Shown: positions 34,486-43,233 of the stretch, piece by piece
Layout of the letters: each line of letters begins with the position of its first letter
Position numbering within the stretch: position 1 is the first letter of the stretch
Assembly: GCA_045863855.1 (NCBI GenBank)
Contig: BTVV01000040.1
Coordinates: 1-47,583 of the forward strand
Direction: 5' to 3'
Source of the DNA: Planctomycetota bacterium
GTDB taxonomy: Bacteria > Planctomycetota > SZUA-567 > H5-PLA8
DNA: 47,583 nt
Notes under the pieces: generated by a model
The model's input: only the letters and a program-made list of their open reading frames with translations
What the model was told of the DNA's origin: nothing
Database searches by the model: none
Translations under genes and position numbers: made by a program

Positions 34486-35553
34486 ATGCATGTTGCGCCC
34501 AAACTCTTTGTCGTGGCCGTGGCGCTCGTGCTGCTCGCCGCCGCGGGGTTGATGTACGTCGGCTCCAGCGCGCCAGGTTCGCGCGAGCTGGTCGTCTACA
34601 CCAGCGTCGATCCCGAGTACGCCGAAGCCTTGGCCCGGCGCTTCGAAGCACGCACCGGTCTGGCCGTTGCGCTGCGTACCGACAGCGAAGAAACCAAGAC
34701 CACCGGCATGCTGAACATCCTGCGCCAACGCAAAGACAGGCCCGATGGCGATGTCTTCTGGAACAGCGAACTCTCCGGCACGCTGGTGCTCGCGAAAGAA
34801 GGCCTTTTCGAACCTTACGCATCGCTGCAAGCGGTGGGCATCCCGGCCGCGTTCAAAGATCCCGGCGCGCTCTGGACGGGTTTCGGTTGCCGTGCGCGGG
34901 TGCTCGTCTTCAACACCCGGCGCGTGAAGAAGGAAGCTGCGCCCGCTTCGCTGGAGGCGCTGTGCGATCCGGCCTGGCGCGGGCGCTTTTGCATGGCCCG
35001 GCCGCTCTTCGGGACCACGCGCAGCCATCTGGTTTCGCTGGTGCTCGCCTTGGGCGAAGAGCGTGGCTTCGAACTGCTCCGCAAGCTCCGCGAAAACGCC
35101 AGCGCCGGCGGCACGAAGGAATGGATCATGCCCGGCAACAGCCACGTGCGCGACCGCGTCGCCGACGGCACCTTCGATGCGGGGCTTACCGATACCGACG
35201 ACGTCTACGCCGGACAGCGCAACGGGCAGGACGTGGACTTGATCCCGATTCAGCAGGCGGCCGATTGGCCGGGCGTGTACCTGATACCCAATACCGTCGC
35301 GGTCCTTAAAGGGGCGCCGCACCCGGAGGCCGCGCGGCGCTTCGTCGATTTCCTGCTCGATCCGGAAAACGAAGCGTGGCTGGCCGAGCAAGGCGCGCGG
35401 CAAATCCCCGTCCGCGCGGAAGTGCCTGTGCCCGCCGGCATGCCTTCGCTGAAGGACTTCCAACCCGCTGCTTTCGACGCCGAAGCGTTGCGCGAAAAAT
35501 TGGAAAGCTTGAGCGAGCGGATCGACAAGCTCGTGCGCGGCGTGGAGCCGTAG
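34486..35553 (+). CDS. ABC-type extracellular solute-binding protein, Fe(III)/FutA-like family
   Basis: LVVYTS.D, DVFWNSE, R.RVLVFNT, GLTDTDD, IPNTVAVLKGAPHPEAARRFVDFLL. Confidence 0.85.
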   Translation: MHVAPKLFVVAVALVLLAAAGLMYVGSSAPGSRELVVYTSVDPEYAEALARRFEARTGLAVALRTDSEETKTTGMLNILRQRKDRPDGDVFWNSELSGTLVLAKEGLFEPYASLQAVGIPAAFKDPGALWTGFGCRARVLVFNTRRVKKEAAPASLEALCDPAWRGRFCMARPLFGTTRSHLVSLVLALGEERGFELLRKLRENASAGGTKEWIMPGNSHVRDRVADGTFDAGLTDTDDVYAGQRNGQDVDLIPIQQAADWPGVYLIPNTVAVLKGAPHPEAARRFVDFLLDPENEAWLAEQGARQIPVRAEVPVPAGMPSLKDFQPAAFDAEALREKLESLSERIDKLVRGVEP

Positions 35554-35564
35554 AAGCGCTTTGT

Positions 35565-38012
35565 TTAGCTTCGCGCGCGCGCGGCGGCACGGTCGGCCGG
35601 CTTCTTGACCGGAAGCTTGTCCGCGGACGAGACCTTCGCCACGGCTTGTTTGGGCAGCGCCACGCGCAGGACATCCTCGATCGTCGTCGCGAGCGTGAAC
35701 TTCAGCGCCTTGCGCACGTTGGCCGGGATCTCGCGCAGATCCTGCTCGTTCCCCTTCGGCAGGATTACGCGCTGCAGCCCCGCGCGGTGCGCGGCCAGCA
35801 CCTTCTCTTTAAGCCCGCCGATGGGCAGCACGAGTCCGCTCAGTGCGATCTCTCCGGTCATCGCGACGCCGCGCGTGACGGTCCGGCCGCTCAACGCCGA
35901 TGCGATCGCGGTGGCCATCGCCACGCCGGCCGAAGGCCCGTCTTTCGGCACCGCGCCCGCCGGCACGTGAATGTGCAGCCCCGGCATCTTGAGCCGTTCG
36001 GCATCGATCCCCGCGGCTTTCGCGTGCGCCTGCACCCAGCTCAACGCCGCCACCGCCGACTCGCGCATCACGTCGCCCAACGATCCCGTCAGCTTCAGTT
36101 CCTTGCTTTCAGGCAGTGGCAGGGCTTCGATGTACAGGACTTCGCCCCCCGTCTCGGTCCAGGCCAGCCCGGCGACGATGCCCGGCGGCTGCGCGACGCG
36201 CGCCTGTTCGGGCAGATAGCGTTCGGCGCCCAGGAGCTTGGGCAGGTCGTTCGGCTGCACGATCACGCGCTTGGACTTGCCTTCCGCGATGCGGCGCGCG
36301 GACTTGCGCGCCAAGCGTCCGATCTGGCGCTCCAATTCGCGCACGCCCGCTTCACGCGTGTAGCGGTCGATGATCCGTTCCAGCGTCTCGTCGGGGAGCC
36401 GCAGTTGCGAACTCGTCAGTCCGGCTTCCTTCACGCGCCGCGGCACGAGGTAGCGCTTGGCGATGGCCCGCTTCTCGTCGGGCGCGTAGCCCGAAAGGCG
36501 CAGCAGTTCCATGCGGTCCAGCAGCGGGCGCGGGATCGTATCCAGCGTATTCGCCGTGGCGATGAAGAAGACCTTGGACAGATCGAACGGCAAGTCGAGG
36601 TAATTGTCGCGGAACGTCCCGTTCTGGGCCGGGTCGAGAATCTCAAGCAGCGCGCTGCTGGGATCGCCGCGGAAATCGCGCCCCAGCTTGTCGATTTCGT
36701 CGAGCATCAGCAGCGGGTTGCGGACCTTCGCCCGGCGCACGGCTTGAAGGATCCGGCCGGGCATCGCGCCGATGTACGTGCGCCGGTGCCCGCGCAGTTC
36801 GGCTTCGTCGTGCATGCCGCCCAGGCTCAGACGCTCGAACGTCCGTCCGATCGCCCGCGCGATCGACTGGCCCAGCGAAGTTTTTCCCACGCCGGGAGGC
36901 CCAACGAAGCACAGGATCGGCGCGTGCGACTTCGGGTTCAGCTTCATCACCGCAAGGAATTCGAGGATGCGGTCCTTCACGTCCTGCAGGCCGAAATGAT
37001 CTTCGTCCAGGATCCTCCGCGCTTTGCGCAGGTCGATGGCGTCGGTGGTGGCCTTTTTCCAGGGCAGTTCGAGGATTAATTCGAGGTAGGCCCGCGCGAG
37101 TTGGTAGTCGGGCGCGGCGGCCGGCAGCCGCGCGAGCCGCTTCAGTTCCCGGTCGGTCTCCGCGCGCACTTCGTCCGGAAGGTCGGCTTCGGCCAAACGC
37201 TGCTTCAGGGCTTCGGCATCCGATTCTTCGGCGCTCTTTTCGCCCAATTCGTCTTGGATGGCGCGAAGCTGCTGGCGCAGCATGAACTTGCGCTGCTCCT
37301 CACTCATCTCGTTCGCGGCCTTTTGGGCGATCTTCTGGCGCACCTCCAGCACTTGCAGTTCGTGGCTCAGGTAACCGTGCACCTGCTGCAACGCATCCAG
37401 ACGCGTCGCCGTCTCCAGCAGCGTCTGCTGCTTGGGCAGATCGAGGCTGATCATCGAAGCCACGAAATACGCCAGGCCCAGCGGGTCGCGGTCTTTCTCG
37501 AACATTGCGGCGACCTGGGCCGTCGCCTGCGGCTGGACGATCTGCAGCGCGCGCTGTGCTTGCTCCAGCACCGAACGATACAGCGCCTCGACTTCCGGGC
37601 CGTCGTCCTGGGGGATCGGGAACGTGGCGGTGCGCACGACCAGGTACGGCTCGGTCTGCTCCAGCGCCTCCAGCTTTACGCGTTCCAGGCCGTGCAGAAG
37701 CAGCTCGACTTGATCCGAGCCCTGCTCCATGCGCTTGATGACGGCCTTCGTGCCGACGCCATAAAGCTGCTCGAGCTTCGGCTTTTCGACCGTGTCGTCG
37801 CGCTGCGCGACGACCACCAGCGTCTTCTCTTCCGTATTCGCGGCGGCTTTCACGGCTTCGATGGAGATCGCGCGGCCCACCGTAAAGGGCAGGACCATAT
37901 GGGGAAACAGGACCGTGTTCTTCACCGGCAACAGGGGAAGCAGGCCCACGCTTTCGACGACCGGTGCGGGCGCGGGCGCGGGTTTCAGGATGCGGCGAGT
38001 CGTCTTGCTCAA
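35565..38012 (-). CDS. lon: ATP-dependent Lon protease
   Basis: Lon-N LPLLPVKNTVLFP; Walker A GPPGVGKT; LLMLDEIDK; HRRTYIGAMPG; catalytic PKDGPSAG and GGLKEK. The TTG start overlaps the hsp20 stop (TTGA). Confidence 0.96.
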   Translation of the reverse strand: MSKTTRRILKPAPAPAPVVESVGLLPLLPVKNTVLFPHMVLPFTVGRAISIEAVKAAANTEEKTLVVVAQRDDTVEKPKLEQLYGVGTKAVIKRMEQGSDQVELLLHGLERVKLEALEQTEPYLVVRTATFPIPQDDGPEVEALYRSVLEQAQRALQIVQPQATAQVAAMFEKDRDPLGLAYFVASMISLDLPKQQTLLETATRLDALQQVHGYLSHELQVLEVRQKIAQKAANEMSEEQRKFMLRQQLRAIQDELGEKSAEESDAEALKQRLAEADLPDEVRAETDRELKRLARLPAAAPDYQLARAYLELILELPWKKATTDAIDLRKARRILDEDHFGLQDVKDRILEFLAVMKLNPKSHAPILCFVGPPGVGKTSLGQSIARAIGRTFERLSLGGMHDEAELRGHRRTYIGAMPGRILQAVRRAKVRNPLLMLDEIDKLGRDFRGDPSSALLEILDPAQNGTFRDNYLDLPFDLSKVFFIATANTLDTIPRPLLDRMELLRLSGYAPDEKRAIAKRYLVPRRVKEAGLTSSQLRLPDETLERIIDRYTREAGVRELERQIGRLARKSARRIAEGKSKRVIVQPNDLPKLLGAERYLPEQARVAQPPGIVAGLAWTETGGEVLYIEALPLPESKELKLTGSLGDVMRESAVAALSWVQAHAKAAGIDAERLKMPGLHIHVPAGAVPKDGPSAGVAMATAIASALSGRTVTRGVAMTGEIALSGLVLPIGGLKEKVLAAHRAGLQRVILPKGNEQDLREIPANVRKALKFTLATTIEDVLRVALPKQAVAKVSSADKLPVKKPADRAAARARS

Positions 38013-38377
38013 CGTCGGCCCTCCGAGCGGATCCAGACCAGCAGCATGCCCGCGTCGTGTTGCAGTTCGCATTTCGCGCCGCGCACCGGCTCGGGGAATT
38101 CCACCGAGCGTTCGAAGCGACTGTACGAAATCTCCATCTGGATGTGCTGCACGCCGCGCTCCGCCACCAAGTCGCGCCGGCAGCCGCTGACGGTCAGCTT
38201 GCGCCCTTCGAAGCTGAGTTGCAGGTCCTGTTCGCGCACGCCGGCCAGGTCGAACTTCACCAGCCAGCCGTCTGCCGTCCGGTACAGATCGGCGCTTGGC
38301 ACCCACGCCGCGCGCTGGAAGCTTTCGCGCAACGGCGGCAAGAAGCGCCCGCTCTTCGTTTCGCCCGTGTCGGCCAT
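38009..38377 (-). CDS. small heat shock protein, Hsp20/alpha-crystallin family
   Basis: W.P.ADLY.T..G..V..DLAGV...DL.L......L.VSG.R, MEISY..FERSV.FP, GML.V. Confidence 0.9.
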   Translation of the reverse strand: MADTGETKSGRFLPPLRESFQRAAWVPSADLYRTADGWLVKFDLAGVREQDLQLSFEGRKLTVSGCRRDLVAERGVQHIQMEISYSRFERSVEFPEPVRGAKCELQHDAGMLLVWIRSEGRR

Positions 38378-38440
38378 GTATCGATCCCTCGGCCTTACGC
38401 TTTCCAGTATCGTAAATTCGGACGGACTTGCCAGAGCGAG

Positions 38441-39994
38441 TTAGGCGCCGTACAGGCGTTTGGGCTGGATGCCGTCTTTGGCCATATTGGCCTGCAGGAA
38501 GCGCCGCAGCAGTTGCTCGCGCAGCGCCGCGTGTTCGGGGCGGGACCAGAGGTTGGCCGTCTGCTCCGGATCGGCGCTCAGGTCGTAGAGTTCGCCGTAC
38601 TCCGCGTCGCGGTACACGACCAGCTTATGCGTCTGGGTCACGAACGATTGCTGGTACACGCGCGGCGTGGCGTGGTTCTCGATCAGCGCCCAGTCCCGCG
38701 CGCCGGAGCTTTCGCCGCGCAGCACCGGAAGCTGCGAGACGCCCTGCATCCCCACCGCCGCAGGCACGCCGGCGGCTTCGAGGAAAGTTTGCGGGATATC
38801 GACGAGGCTGAAGAGCGCCTCCGTACGGCCCTTGGGCGCGTTCGCCATGCCCGCCGGCCAATGCGCTACGCACGGCACGCGGTGCACGTCTTCGTACGCC
38901 GGCAGTCCCTTGCCCCAGAACCCGTGGTGGCCAAGGTACTCGCCGTGATCCGAGGTGAAGACCAACAGCGTATTCTCGAGCGCGCCGATCCGCTCGAGCC
39001 GTTCGACAATGCGCCCCACGTACAAGTCCAGCATGTTGCACATGCCGATGTACGCCTGCGTGTCGCTGCGGGCTTCGACCCATTGATCGCGGCGGCAGGC
39101 GGGCACCGAGATGCCGTCGAAGAAATCGCGCGCGCCGTCGTGCCACTGGCCGGTCTCGTAGTAGCGCTTGTAGAAGGGCGGCCGGTCGTCGAATTCGCCC
39201 GGCGTATGCCGGTGCAGCCGGACGGTGCTCATGTCCACCGCGTTGTAGTACGGATCGGGGCAGACGAACGGGAAGTGCGGATCCTCGAAGCTCGTCCAGC
39301 AGAACCAGGGCTTGCCCGCGACCTGCTGGCGCTCGGCGAAACCGATCGTCTCTTCGGTGATCCAGGCCGTCTTGTGGTAGCGCTCGGGCAGATTGGACCA
39401 CAGGCCCGTTTCGATAACGTCTTCACCGCCAGGGAGTTTGCGGTGCGGCTCCATCGGATGCACGCGATGCACCCGGTCGAAGTTCACGCCCTGCCGCTGC
39501 AACCACGCGCGATAGTGCTCGCCGGGAATCCGCTCGTTCGTATGGCCCCAGCCGACGCGGATGAAATCGAAGCCAAGATACGGGCCGTCGTAGCTGTGCC
39601 AGAACGCATCGGGCGGATCGGCTTGCGCCGGATCGGGCGCGTAGCGTCCGGCGGTGTGCTTGGCTTCGATGCCGCGCGAAGCGAAATGCGTCTTACCGAT
39701 CATGGCCGAAGCATAGCCATGCGCGGAAAGGAGTTGTGGAAGTGTGGGGTCGCGGAACGCGGGCGTCACGCCGATGGTGTGCGCGCCGTTGCGCGAAGGG
39801 TACTGTCCGGTCAGCATCGCGACGCGGCTGGGCGTGCAGATCGGCGAAGGACAGTACGCGCGATCGAAGCAGCGCCCGTTCGCGGCCAGACGGTCCAGCA
39901 CCGGCGTGCAGTAGCCGGGCTGGCCGTAAAGACTTAGCGTGTCCCAGCGCTGCTGGTCGGTGGTGATCAGGAGCAGATTGGGGCGTTTGGGCAT
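38441..39994 (-). CDS. formylglycine-dependent sulfatase (no signal peptide)
   Basis: PNLLLITTDQQR, CTPSR (CxPxR) followed by LTGQY, GKTH, DPHFP, FTSDHGE. Confidence 0.93.
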   Translation of the reverse strand: MPKRPNLLLITTDQQRWDTLSLYGQPGYCTPVLDRLAANGRCFDRAYCPSPICTPSRVAMLTGQYPSRNGAHTIGVTPAFRDPTLPQLLSAHGYASAMIGKTHFASRGIEAKHTAGRYAPDPAQADPPDAFWHSYDGPYLGFDFIRVGWGHTNERIPGEHYRAWLQRQGVNFDRVHRVHPMEPHRKLPGGEDVIETGLWSNLPERYHKTAWITEETIGFAERQQVAGKPWFCWTSFEDPHFPFVCPDPYYNAVDMSTVRLHRHTPGEFDDRPPFYKRYYETGQWHDGARDFFDGISVPACRRDQWVEARSDTQAYIGMCNMLDLYVGRIVERLERIGALENTLLVFTSDHGEYLGHHGFWGKGLPAYEDVHRVPCVAHWPAGMANAPKGRTEALFSLVDIPQTFLEAAGVPAAVGMQGVSQLPVLRGESSGARDWALIENHATPRVYQQSFVTQTHKLVVYRDAEYGELYDLSADPEQTANLWSRPEHAALREQLLRRFLQANMAKDGIQPKRLYGA

Positions 39995-40069
39995 CCCTTT
40001 AATATAGCGCAGCGCCGGGCAAGCGGCGCCTTCTATTCATGCATGAGCAAAGCAAACAATAGAAACGAG

Positions 40070-41665
40070 TTACGGCTTGGCCGCGGCCAGTTCGATGCGT
40101 TTGCGGATCGAGGCGCGCTCGGCATCGCTGAGCTTGCCGTCGCCGTCGTTGTCGTACTGCTTCAGGAAGTCTTTCATGCGCGGGCCGGCCTTCGCCACCA
40201 GCTTGTCGAAGGTCTCGACGAGCTTGGTTTCTTCGTTGGCGTCGAGCTTCCCGTCGCTGTTGGCGTCGAAGCGTTTGACGACGTTATCGGCGAAGGAAAC
40301 CGCGCCCGTACCTGGCTTTGTGCCGTTGGCCGTGGTTTCGCCGCCGGCGAAGGCGCCGAGGAACTTGTTCGCCGGCGAACGCAGCAGCGCCGCCGCGTCG
40401 CTCTCCTGCACGGGGAGCACCTGGACCCACAAGAGCGCCATTTCGTCGGTGGTCTGTTCGCCCCACGTCACGCGCTTGGGCGGATTGCTGGGGTTGTTGC
40501 GGTTCTCGGCGCTGTTGTCGAAGACGAAGCGTGCTTCGATCTCCGTGCCCTTGGGCAACTTAACCGGAGCGCGGTAGCGGTACGAACCTTGCCAGTTGAA
40601 GTCCCAGTCGTCGATCCAGAGCAGCGGAAGTTGCGAGCCGTCGGGCAGGAATGCCGTGGCGCGAATATCTTTAGCAAGCAGATGCGCGTGCGGAATGATG
40701 CCGACGGCTTCGACGTCCACGGGCACGGTGGTGCGCGCGGTGGCGAGGTAAGCTTTTTCGCCAGCGGGGATTATAAGGCGGCGCGAGACGAGCGTCAGCG
40801 CGGCAATGGTGCGCGTGGGCTTTTCTTTGGCGAAGTAGAGGCCCAGCTTGGAGCGTTCGGTCTCGGGCTTGCCGGTGGGATGCAGGTGAAGCTGGATCAC
40901 TACGTCGGTGCTGGGTTTAAGGCTCTTGGCTACGCCTTCGGGGAACGGGTAGGGCGTCGCTCCGGGCGTCCAGCCGCCCAAGCCGCCGCTGGGGATCACT
41001 CCGGGTCCGCCGAGGCTGGCATAGCCCGGGAGCGGGTCCATTTCGTCGCGCTTGCGTGCCCAGCCGGAATCGTCGAGGTACAGGATCGCGTGGTGCACGA
41101 CCGAGCGATTCCCGGGGCGGAACTCGACGGCTTGAACGAACCGCTCTTCCTTTAAGTTCAACGGCACCACGAAGCAGCGATAGATGTCGCGCCCTTCGGC
41201 GGGGACCGTGTAGGACTCGGGCATCTCGACGATCAGATCCGGCTCGCCTAGGCGCCAGCCCTCGGTAAACTTCGGCGCGGGCGGCAAGTCCTTGGGATCG
41301 CCCTCCTTAGAGCCTTCGTCGACCCACTGCTGGAGCATCCCGATCTCGTCGGCGCTGAGGCGGCGTTCGTCGTGGAACTGGCCGTGGCCTGGGACGGGCT
41401 TCCACGGCGGCATCAGGCGCGTTTCGGCAACCATGGCGATCTGTACATCTCGTTTGGCCACTTCCTTATACGTCTGCAACGGGAACGGGGCGACTTCGCC
41501 CGGACGGTGGCAGCTTACGCATTGCCGATTCATGATCGGCGCGATGTCCTTCGTGTAGGTGAGCGTGTCCTTCGGTCGCGGCGCGTACGGCGCTTCGGGC
41601 GTCGCCCCGTGAAGCGCGGCGCAAGTCAGCATCAAGCAAGCGGTTAGAACCAGTACGCGGGTCAT
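40070..41665 (-). CDS. exported c-type heme (CxxCH) + copper type II monooxygenase-like (PHM/DbH fold) + EF-hand protein
   Basis: Signal peptide; CVSCH; MPPW; VVHHA; QLHLH; PHAH; WDFNWQ; GEQTTDEM; EF loops DANSDGKLDANE and DNDGDGKLSDAE. Confidence 0.85.
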   Translation of the reverse strand: MTRVLVLTACLMLTCAALHGATPEAPYAPRPKDTLTYTKDIAPIMNRQCVSCHRPGEVAPFPLQTYKEVAKRDVQIAMVAETRLMPPWKPVPGHGQFHDERRLSADEIGMLQQWVDEGSKEGDPKDLPPAPKFTEGWRLGEPDLIVEMPESYTVPAEGRDIYRCFVVPLNLKEERFVQAVEFRPGNRSVVHHAILYLDDSGWARKRDEMDPLPGYASLGGPGVIPSGGLGGWTPGATPYPFPEGVAKSLKPSTDVVIQLHLHPTGKPETERSKLGLYFAKEKPTRTIAALTLVSRRLIIPAGEKAYLATARTTVPVDVEAVGIIPHAHLLAKDIRATAFLPDGSQLPLLWIDDWDFNWQGSYRYRAPVKLPKGTEIEARFVFDNSAENRNNPSNPPKRVTWGEQTTDEMALLWVQVLPVQESDAAALLRSPANKFLGAFAGGETTANGTKPGTGAVSFADNVVKRFDANSDGKLDANEETKLVETFDKLVAKAGPRMKDFLKQYDNDGDGKLSDAERASIRKRIELAAAKP

Positions 41666-42252
41666 GGGCGCTGCTCCTCGGGAGGCGGCTTGAGTTTGGG
41701 CAGGAAGCAGCCGATGGCTCTGGTCTCGGGTGACTTGACCGCTTGTCCGGCCAACACCGCTTCGAGCGCTTCGCGCAAGTCCCGGCGCGTCGGCTCTTTG
41801 CGTGGCTTATCGCCGAAGCTTTCGTAGGTGTCGTCGATCCGCCCGCGGTAGCGGCGCGCGCCCGTGGCATCCAAAAGCGCCGCCTCCGGCGTCACCGTCG
41901 CGCCGACGTGTTGGGCGAGCTTCTGTTTTGGATCGAGGAGCACCGGCGCGGCGAGCTTGAATTCGGCGGCGTGCTGCTTCGCGGCAGCCGCGGAGACGTC
42001 CGGATCGGCGTGCACCAGAAAGACCGCAACTCCGCGCGCGGCATACGCTTCGGTCATCCGATTCAGTTCGGGCGCGAAGCGATTGGCGATGGGGCAGTCG
42101 AGGGCGATAAAGACGAGCACGGTGGCTTTGCGTTCGGTGCACGCGAGCGGGCGCTGTTCGCGGCCGGCGAGGTCGGTGTATGCCGGGCCGGCGTCGGTGG
42201 CGTCTGCGGCGGTACAGAGCATCAGCCCAAGCAATAAGGTGAGGTTGCGCAT
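41662..42252 (-). CDS. exported redoxin (AhpC/TSA-like thioredoxin fold)
   Basis: VLVFIALDCPIANRF, GATVTPEA, YRGRIDD, C-terminal AIGC; 4-bp ATGA overlap with the monooxygenase gene. Confidence 0.88.
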   Translation of the reverse strand: MRNLTLLLGLMLCTAADATDAGPAYTDLAGREQRPLACTERKATVLVFIALDCPIANRFAPELNRMTEAYAARGVAVFLVHADPDVSAAAAKQHAAEFKLAAPVLLDPKQKLAQHVGATVTPEAALLDATGARRYRGRIDDTYESFGDKPRKEPTRRDLREALEAVLAGQAVKSPETRAIGCFLPKLKPPPEEQRP

Positions 42253-42271
42253 GGTCTTATCGCGGCGCGGG

Positions 42272-42949
42272 TTACTTGTTGCCTTGGCGGCGGCGTTGTT
42301 GCCAATCTTCGCGCGCTTTGGCTTCTTCGGTGGCGCTCAGCTTTCCGTCGCCGTCCGCGTCGTAGCGCTTTAGCGCCGCTTCGCGCATGCGGCCTTCGAA
42401 CTGCTTCCGTCCCGCTTCGGCCTGGGCACGTTCGGCTTCGTTCAGCGTCCCGTCGCCGTCGGCATCGAAGCGCTTGAGCAGGTGCTCATTGAGCTTCTTC
42501 ATGCCTTCCACATGGGCTTTCATCTCGCCTTCCATGGCTGCTTGTTCGTCGTCGTCGAGCTTTTCGTTTTTGTTTAAATCGTACTTCTCCAGCACTTTAG
42601 CTTGCAGCTCGGGATCTTTACGAATGCGCTGGGCGAAGGCCACGCGCAAGCCTTGTTTCTCTTTCTCGCTGAGTTGCCCGTCGCCGTTGGCGTCGAACTC
42701 CTTGAGCTTCTCGGCCATCCTGTTCCCGTCACCCTTCTCGCCCTTAACCTTGCCGCCGTCCTGGTTTCCGCTGAGTTTCCCGGTCCGTGCGGCTTCGTCG
42801 TACTCTTTCTGCAGCCGCGCCTCCAGTTCGCTCAGTGCTTGCGCATCGATCTCGGGCCGAAATTCGGTCCCTTCGGCTGCCATCTCGGCACGCGCGTGAA
42901 ACGCGCTTAGTAGCAAACCCAGACTCAGCACGGCGATGTAACGATGCAT
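42272..42949 (-). CDS. exported EF-hand calcium-binding protein (4 EF loops)
   Basis: Signal peptide MHRYIAVLSLGLLLSAFHARA; DANGDGQLSEKE, DLNKNEKLDDDE, DADGDGTLNEAE, DADGDGKLSATE; GGGGGAGG SD. Confidence 0.85.
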   Translation of the reverse strand: MHRYIAVLSLGLLLSAFHARAEMAAEGTEFRPEIDAQALSELEARLQKEYDEAARTGKLSGNQDGGKVKGEKGDGNRMAEKLKEFDANGDGQLSEKEKQGLRVAFAQRIRKDPELQAKVLEKYDLNKNEKLDDDEQAAMEGEMKAHVEGMKKLNEHLLKRFDADGDGTLNEAERAQAEAGRKQFEGRMREAALKRYDADGDGKLSATEEAKAREDWQQRRRQGNK

Positions 42950-43233
42950 GGTTCGAGTTCCTCCCCCGCCTGACGCCTGAACCTTATAGAACATCTTGGA
43001 CCATTGATGCAAATTTATAAATCGTTACTTGTTAAGGATTTGTGAACTTGTGCGTAATCGGCGACGGTGCCGATTCTTCCCCCATTGTGGGCTTCTTCTA
43101 CAAGCTAAGCCGTTGTACTTGGGCAGGTTGCGGGATTCGCGGGCAAGGGATGAGGCGCAGCGGACCGGTCTGCGTCCGCGCTGCGGCATGAGGTAAACTG
43201 CCAGAGCTTTACATATCCCAAGGAGTTCGAAAC

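Noticed and set aside
38013..38306. Apparent 98-aa N-terminal extension of Lon, or an Hsp20-Lon frameshift fusion
   Set aside because: The region is the hsp20 gene in another frame; the extension is Arg/Gly-rich nonsense. The TTG at 38012 gives a normal coupled start, and I saw no slippery site.
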